Shown piece after piece: positions 56,346 to 64,000 of a stretch of DNA of 64,000 nucleotides. The notes under the pieces are model-generated. The model worked only from the letters and a program-made list of their open reading frames with translations, was not told the DNA's origin and searched no databases. Position numbers and translations under genes: made by a program. Position 1 is the first letter of the stretch. Each line of letters opens with the position of its first letter. The DNA is from Eledone cirrhosa. Its lineage: Eukaryota. Location of the stretch: positions 106,516,001-106,580,000 of the forward strand of contig OZ024745.1 of NCBI GenBank assembly GCA_964016885.1, given 5' to 3'.

Positions 56346-59300
56346 CATTTCTTTATTAGCCACAAGGGCACAAAAGAAGGGGACAAATACAAATGGGGAG
56401 TTTACATACGAGTATATGAAAATAAAACTATTAATAAAATAACAAATAGCAATTGAAACCCCCAACAGGGGGGAGGCGTTGCACAGGGGTTGTACACACC
56501 CCGAAAAAATATACAACTCTCATCTCCAGGAGAACCAAGAGTGAGTACTCTCATCCTCTCTTTCTCTTTTTCCTTAACCTACAGGCTTACATAGAGAGAA
56601 GGCCCAACCACTCCGGCCATCTTTGCCACATTCACCCACCTTTTATAAAATTTGCTGGGGTACAGCACTTCTCTCACCATCCTGATTCTTCTTCCAAAAT
56701 GATATTTGAAAAAACAAATCAGTTGTTCGCCGGAGAGAAAGGTGACTGACCTCAGCCCTTTTAACCTCGTCCACCATATAATCTCTTTCACCATAGCCAT
56801 AACACATAGGAAAACCGCCTCTCCCTCGTTTTTGAAGGAGGTTTGATCATAACAATGGACTCGGTGGTCAACTGGATTGGTCCTACCCGCGACAATAGTC
56901 GTTCTACATAGCCCCACAGGTCGGTAACGCCCGGGCAGTGTACAAATGCGTGCGCGACGGTTTCCTCGTCGCGCACGCATCTCGGACAGATCTTTTTCGA
57001 AGGGTCCCTGCCCGGGAGCCCTTGTCTGTAGAGCTTGTCTCGAACTGGTAGAGCTCCTCGGTAGCACTGCCAGGCCAGGGACTTTTGGAAGTTGTCCATC
57101 GGTCCCGGGCGGAAGGTTCTACCGAACAGACTGGCCAGTTCGTCTTCCTCTACGCCTACAGTTTCTCCGAGCGCATCGTCGCACTTGCTGCAGACCAACC
57201 CTCTATAGAATGACGAAGTGGAGTCTCCACTGATTGCCGGGTCCGCCTGCTAGAAGGCCGTGACGCCTGAGCACATTCGATGTGCCAGTCACCCATTTTC
57301 CTCGGTCTTTGCTTGACCCAGGATTGCAACTCGGTCAGCGAGACGAGTCGTGTGAATGCTCGCCTCACGAACGGGGCCCACACCGTTTGTCCGGTGAGGA
57401 ATACGTGGAAGAGCCGCGGCCTGAGCGCGTGTTTGCGCATCGTCAGCCACGGCATCCCCAGCCGTCCGTTTGAAGGGTGTTGGCAGCAGATGAATCTTCT
57501 CACCAAAGGAGCCCGCTTCTTCCAAAGGAATTGGAAGAGCGCGCGCTCCATTTTGGTGAGCGTTTTGGCTGGACAAGGCACGACGGTCAAGCGGTAGTAG
57601 ATGACAGACGCTATAAAAGTGTTCGCCACCTCCGCTCGACCTTTCAAGGATAGTTTGCACTCGACCCACTTCTGGGCGAGCGCAAACACCTTTGCCGTCA
57701 CCTCGTTCCAGTTCTTCTCCACCTGGAGGTCCGGACCAAACCAGACCCCGAGCAGCTTTACCAGTTCTTCCGTCCAGCGTCCGACGACGCCATCGGAAGG
57801 CATCGGTTTGCCTCTCCACGTTCCGAGTTGCAAACCGACGGAATTGTCCCGGTTCAGCTTCGCTCCTGTGAACCTTTCGTATTCCTTCAGTAAGGGATGC
57901 CCTGCAATAGCTCCAACCTCCGCAGTAGTGGCTCGAGAGTCAGTACGTACGTGTCGGATGGATCGCGTGATATGGAAAGGCTCCGAGAGGTAGCCCTTCA
58001 TCTTGACTCTTGATCAGATGTTGCTGCTGTGCATTGCAGCAATCCAGACCCTGAGCACGGGTCCGAAGCCTGCCGGCTCGAGCACCGCATCTAGGTAACG
58101 ATGGTCCACCCTATCAAAAGCCTTAGACTGATCCAAGTTGATCAGGACTCCACCGAAGCCGGGTTTACACCCTACCGTCTCTATGATGTATCGCATGAGG
58201 TGGAGGTTGTCGTGTATGGACTGGTAGGGATTGCGCATATCTGCGCTTCTCCCACCAGGTTTTCGACGACAAGCGCCAGCCTCTTCGCCAACACCTTGGC
58301 CAAAATCTGTAACTCTGTGTTTAGCAGAGTTATGGAAGTTTCCTATATCATCCCCTTATTCTCGTCCTTCCTGACTAACGTGAATACGCCCTTGGTCACA
58401 GAACTGGGAAGTCTCCCGTTCTGCTGCCAGTTGCAGTAGACCGCTTCCAGGAGACCAGAGAACAAGTCCGGCATTGCTACGTAAAATTCTTGGGATAGAC
58501 CGTCGAGACCTGGAGATTTGCGTTTGCCGCATTGGCTCAGCGCGTCCCCTATCTCAGCGGCCGATATCGGCCTTTCGCAGAACTTCGCCTCGCTGTCCGA
58601 GAGTCGCGGTAGGCCGTCGAGGTATGGGCCGAAATCCATAGCCCCTCCCGGCGCGCCGCCCTGCCCGAACAGTTGAGCAAGGTGCCGCTGAAAGGCCGCG
58701 CACAAATGCTTCGGCTCACGTATCACGCGTCCATCTTGGTCCTTCAAAGACCGAATCGTGGACTTGTTGCCACTTTTCGCCTCCGTCACTCGGGCCCAGC
58801 TAACAGCTTTGGCTCCTTCGTTTCCCAGAGCACGTATTTTGCTTCTGACAACGCAGCCTTCATGCTTTGCGTCGAAGAACTGGTCCAAGGCCTTTCTCGT
58901 CGCTAGCACGCCGGCTACGTTGCCACTCCTAAGTGCCTCTTCTACTTTATCTACCAGTTCCTTTTCGGTCTTATTTCTATCTAACACTAATTCTTTACTA
59001 AAACCTATCGAGTCTAATCTAACTGCCCTCTTGAGAGAGTACCACGATCTGTTGTTGACAATGGCCCCCGTAAGTGCTGCTTAACTAAAGTGCTAATCCG
59101 TCTACTGTAGGCTTTGCATGTCGGTAACGACAAGTTCAGCTCCCAGTAGCCTGGTCCCTGTCTATGGGTTTTGTCAAGGTTGACTAAGCAGGTCACTAAT
59201 TTGTGATCTGAATAGGCAACCATGAACATTTGTGGACAGCTTAACATGTCCCTATCCTTCTTTCTAACTAGAACCCTATCTAGGTACGATCTAGATGTTC

Positions 59301-60416
59301 CGCTAAGATTAGTCCACGTCCACAGTGGCACAGTCGGAAAATCTAGTCGGTATCTATCGGCCAGGTCAAATTGGCCGATTATCTGTTTGAGGCTGTTACA
59401 CCCCACTTTATCGGGACATGCTCCCACATAGTCCCAACGTGCATCTAGAATTCCATTCCAGTCCCCCACTAAAAGCAAGGAGCGGGACGTTCCCAGAAAA
59501 GTCTCTAGATGTTTGAAGAAGTCTGGCCGCGGGGTCCCGGATGGGGCATATGCGGCCACCAGCCTGAAGGCACCACCTTCACTACCGTCAACGTCTAGGA
59601 CCACCAGTCGTCCCTCCGGGTCCAGGTATACCGTCTGTGTTACGAGGTCCTGGTGTTTCCGCAGCAAAACGGCAACCCAGCCCCCATCTCCCGGCTGACA
59701 GAGAGATGCGTAGATCTCAAAGTCGTCGAAGATGGGGGCCAGTTGGCGCTCGCTGTGGATCCTGGACTCGCAAATGGCTACTACATCCATACTGTGCGAC
59801 CTGAGATCGTTTAAGAGTTTGCCCTGTTTCCAGGGCATCCCCAGGCCGCGTACATTCACACATCCAACTCTTATATTGGCCATGTTGGTGCTGGAAAATT
59901 AAATGAAGAGGAAAAGAAATCACTCACCTCTTCGTCTCCTGGGGACCAGGCTGCACAATTTCCATTGGGATGTTGGAGGGTATGTTTGGTGGGGTGGTGG
60001 TTTCTGTCGGGGTGGGGACGGAGGTGTTTGGTGGGTAGGGGGTGACTGTGTGGGGGTGCATGTGGTGGGGAGACCTTTGAAGAGGACGCGGTTAATTGGT
60101 TTCACGCAGGAATTCCCCATGTCCTCTTCAAATGTTTCTTTTAGGGATCTATAAGTTCCTATAGGGACCCTAACAGTTTTAGGTTCGTTTTTTTGTTTTT
60201 GTTGGGGCTATCCAAAGTTTTCCCTTCGGTTTTGACCAAAGGGTTGTTTTTCATGGTCTCCATCAGTGTTCTATTTTCTTCGTTTATGTAAGTGTATGTG
60301 TACGTTTCCTGTGTTGTGTTTGTTTTTGTCTGTGGTTCCTGCGTGTGTTTTCTCTTTGTTGTGGGTGCTTTGTTTTCGGGAGGGGGAACTTTGTTTGTGA
60401 TTTTTGTGCTGTTTGA
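56346..60416 (-). mobile_element. Decayed Tx1/L1-clade LINE within a (GATA)n array
   Basis: ORF1 tail, then APE domain (NVRGL, VAICES, VGDWN, SYLDRV, SDHKLV, GPGYWELN), RT (KSPGLDG, LDQSKAFDRVDH, KLLGVWF) and CCHC finger (CPRC..ETVAHAFVHC); AATAAA at 3' end; frameshifts; QGCPLS/YADD region missing. Confidence 0.92.
59014..59883 (-). pseudogene. Tx1-type ORF2 apurinic-like endonuclease domain
   Basis: 289-aa ORF with canonical APE motifs, frameshifted relative to the downstream RT. Confidence 0.88.
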
Positions 60417-60417
60417 C

Positions 60418-60489
<72 letters not shown>

Positions 60490-60493
60490 TGAC

Positions 60494-60533
<40 letters not shown>

Positions 60534-60938
60534 TGACAGATAGATAGATAGATAGATAGATGTGATATTAGCTCTAATCATCAACATAATATTTACTTTC
60601 CTTGCAATGAAAGTTCACCAGAGAAGAAAATATGATCCCTATGGTGTTAACAGTAAGATCATACTTTGATTCCTGCTATCTGAACCGTTTATTATACCAT
60701 TTTCTTTACCCACCATTTATACTATATGCTTATGTAAGCAGATGCTGGAGTTCATGTGAGGTAGACCATCATATGTTCGTGTCAGTAAGTATGTAATCTC
60801 TGATGCCTTTCGATTAAAAACAATAAAAAATGACACGAACAGAAATGGAGAAAAGGAAGAACTTTTAAAAATACATATTACCGGCATCAGTGTTAAATGT
60901 ACTATGTACTCTCTCTCTCTATATATATATATATATCA

Positions 60939-61001
<63 letters not shown>

Positions 61002-61012
61002 TCTCTCTCTCT

Positions 61013-61044
<32 letters not shown>

Positions 61045-61046
<2 letters not shown>

Positions 61047-61237
61047 CAAAGAAAGTGTGGTAAGATACCAGGTGGACCATATCGCACCAGAGTACTCGAT
61101 ACTTAGGGTAGTAGAGTGGGCAATAGGAAAAGAATCAGGGCGGCTAAGCTCCGGCCGTTTCGACAGCTAGATCCGAACTGAGTTCGGATCTAGCTGTCGA
61201 AAAGGCCGGAGCTCAGCCGCCGGGGTCCTGATTCTTT

Positions 61238-61240
<3 letters not shown>
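61045..61240. mobile_element. Family G palindrome (divergent subfamily)
   Basis: Same tail sequence; centre GACAGCTAGATCCGAACT-G-AGTTCGGATCTAGCTGTC. Confidence 0.75.
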
Positions 61241-61316
<76 letters not shown>

Positions 61317-61491
61317 GTTATTAGGAGTATGCCAAAGCTTGGTAGAACAAGTTGTGAGGAAAGTTCTCAACATACGTTAAGGTGACTCGACAGTTGGTAG
61401 GGATTCTGTAGTGGAAACACGAACAAACGAGGAGTGTAATCAAAGAAGAGAAATAGGACGAAGGTAAACAATTACAAAAGAATTTAATCCA

Positions 61492-61594
61492 CGTATTAAC
61501 AATTGTTTCATCAGAATTTCAGTCCATTATTGCTACACTATGTTATAATAGGCAATCAAGAAAGATATTGTGGCATCCGAATTTTCAAAATACA
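61492..61594 (-). ncRNA. Hammerhead ribozyme variant with U3-A8 core
   Basis: TGTATT-TTGAAAA-T-TCGGA-(60 nt)-TCTGA-T-GAAA-CAATTG-TT-AATACG. Confidence 0.6.
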
Positions 61595-61963
61595 AAGTTG
61601 GAATGACCTTAGGAAATGAAATAAGGGGTAGTAGTGTAAGATAGAGGAACAGAGAGAGAAAGAGGGGCAAAAGAGAGGGAGAGAGAGAGAGAGAGAAAAG
61701 GGATAGAGGTAGGGAGAGAAAGAGAAAGAGAAAGAGATAGTGTGGTGTGAGAGGATTTGTATAGGGAGGGGGAGGAGGGCTGTGTGCTAAAAGTTGTGAT
61801 GAGTAGAGGGAGAGAGAAGGAAGATAGAATTTTAAGAGGCATTTGGAAGTGGACAGGCGAAAGTCTTACCAGAGAACAGATGAAGGAAGAAAGTATTAAA
61901 TTTCATATATAGTCTATTTTTAAGGGTGTAGAATTGTTATTTAGGGTAGGAAGATAGGTAGTG

Positions 61964-62248
61964 TTAGGATTTGGTTGAAGGTTTGAAGTGTGAGAATTTC
62001 GCTTTCAGTTTATGCTGGCAAAAGATTTACCTTTCAGTTTTGTTGTTGAGTAGTTGGTGGCTTGAGCTTAGAATATGGAAGAGCTCATTATTACACAACG
62101 GACACGTTTTCATCCCACTCCGGTATGGAGGAGCATGTGAGAGTTTGGTCCATTTAAGGGTGTATTGTCGGTTACTCCCTTTTAAGTGCCAAATTTTGTC
62201 GGCGAGAGTCGTTACGTAACGGTGTTGGTGGTGCTTTATTGTGTAACG
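61964..62248 (-). pseudogene. PLE GIY-YIG C-terminal remnant
   Basis: Manual translation TTLADKIWHLKGSNRQYTLKWTKLSHAPPYRSGMKTCPLCNNELFHIL..LLNNKTER*IFCQHK; not present in the ORF track. Confidence 0.75.
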
Positions 62249-62332
62249 AAACTGAAATTCTGATGAAACAATTGTTAATACGTGGATTAAATTCTTTTGT
62301 AATTGTTTACCTTCGTCCTATTTCTCTTCTTT

Positions 62333-62438
<106 letters not shown>

Positions 62439-62475
62439 CATGTGCTCATGGGTTTTTATCCAAATGTTTAGAAAT

Positions 62476-62645
62476 AATTGTTTCTACTTTTTGCACAAGG
62501 CCAGCAAATACCCAGTACATTACTGGTACTTTATTTTATCGACCCCGTAAGGATGAACGGCATTTGAACCCAGACCATAAAGGGCGTTAACTCTATGCTT
62601 GAAAGCATGGCGTCCGACTCGCTACCGATACTGCCAATCCACCGC
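62476..62645 (-). mobile_element. SINE family A with internal deletion
   Basis: Head and tail match the consensus. Confidence 0.85.
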
Positions 62646-62942
62646 CAAATATTAAACTTTTTATCCCCTCGGGCCCGCATTAGGTGAAAAACTGCGGTTT
62701 TTCAGATTTTAGGGGTTTTTTGAGGCGTTACGACAGACCGATTTCCTTGAAATTGTAACTATATATTAGTCAGTCTCTTCTTCATACAGTGAGCAAAGCA
62801 AATCCAGCTTGTTTATGGCCTAGGGTCCGCATTAGTTGAAAAACTTTATTTTTTCAGCCTTTTAGGGCTTTTTTGAGGCGTTACGTCTAAATCGCATTCA
62901 GAGTTATTTCCCTTGGCATATATTGTATTATTAGAAGTCTAA

Positions 62943-63435
62943 TCTATATATATAAAACTGAGGATGTCAGTGTGTGTGTGTGTGTGTGTGAGTTTCAATC
63001 CCTAAAACTCGAGATGTACCCAACCGATTTTTTCCAAACTTTACATGTGTATTACTTATGTTTCAGGGAGTGTTATGCACATAAAAGAAAATCCAACTTT
63101 TTATGGCCTAGGGCCCGCATTAGGTGAAAAACTTCATTTTTCAGCTTTTTAGGGCTTTTTTGAGGCGTTACGTCTAGCCGATTTTCCCGAAATTTCAAGG
63201 CATGTTATGCACATCAAAAAGAATTCATTTTCTTGATTCCCTGGGGCCCGCATTAGGTGAAAACCTGCATTTTTCGTGCTTCATCGAGAAAAATCTTAAA
63301 GATTATCCAGCCATCAGAGTATTCGGTTTATTTCTTTACATATTGTCCAGGCATGCAGTTTTTCCACGATTAGGTCTGTTGGCGGCCCGCATTCCAAAAT
63401 ACCTTATTCCGTGCAACGCCGGGTACCACTGCTAG
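62943..63435 (+). mobile_element. Non-autonomous Helitron
   Basis: A|TCTATATATATAAAA start and CCGTGCAACGCCGGG hairpin + CTAG|T end; internal GGGCCCGCATTAGGTGAAAA repeats also occur upstream at 62670-62890. Confidence 0.8.
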
Positions 63436-64000
63436 TAAAATAATAAAATAATAAAAGGTTAAATTTCCATAATTTTTTTTATTACGTAATTAGCCATTGT
63501 TACATCTTGATGCTATAACACAATTTCTGATATATCTTCAGACAGCCTCTTAAGTAATCTATTTCTAATATTAGAGTTCGTTGAACAAGAAGCCACTATT
63601 TTATGTAGGTTTTTTTATATACTCCAATACAGATACATCTATATGTTTAGTCTCAGCGTTAGTCAAAAAGGGTACTTCTATTTATAAACTGTTGATACTT
63701 CTAATGTAATGATGAAATCTGAATAACGCCCCTTTTGAAAACGAATTTACATCTTCGGGAGAAATGCCATGGATACTTTCATGTTCGATTATGTTTACCT
63801 AAAAGCTTCTGCAATAACTAGAATATGAAAGTTTAAAAATAATTAAGATATTGGTTCTGATTGAAGCTATTTTCTTGAATTTATTTTCTTACAATGAAAG
63901 AAATGAATGTAATATTGTGAGAATAAGGACTTCTAATCCAGGCATAGGGCTAACACTTTATGGAGTGGAGGAAATTGATTAAATTGACCCCAGTACTTGA

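Noticed and set aside
63498-63548. Minus-strand CTGAAGA-TATATCA-GAAA
   Set aside because: No consistent stem III/NUH/stem I arrangement could be drawn

Overview
AT-rich, microsatellite-laden eukaryotic DNA with no recognisable host-gene exons. The SINE family and repeat landscape suggest an octopus or other cephalopod (inference). Most ORFs in the supplied track are microsatellite artefacts. Recognisable content: about 20 copies or fragments of a tRNA-derived SINE, many with 10-21 bp TSDs; a decayed Tx1-clade LINE inside a (GATA)n array; RTE and RLE-type LINE fragments; two hAT MITEs with 8-bp TSDs; two mini-Helitrons; a histone H4 pseudogene; and three Penelope-like element (PLE) coding remnants (RT+GIY-YIG or GIY-YIG only). 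The main signal is more than 25 short inserts sitting in (TA)n arrays, mostly palindromic, from 10 or more unrelated sequence families. Most can be folded by eye into type I hammerhead ribozymes (HHR). These include unusual variants: a U3-A8 core, a U4A core, a form lacking stem II, and forms with a 60-90 nt loop 2. In many copies the inversion or truncation point falls inside the ribozyme itself, suggesting hairpin snap-back during reverse transcription. All RNA folds were read manually; none were computed or tested.
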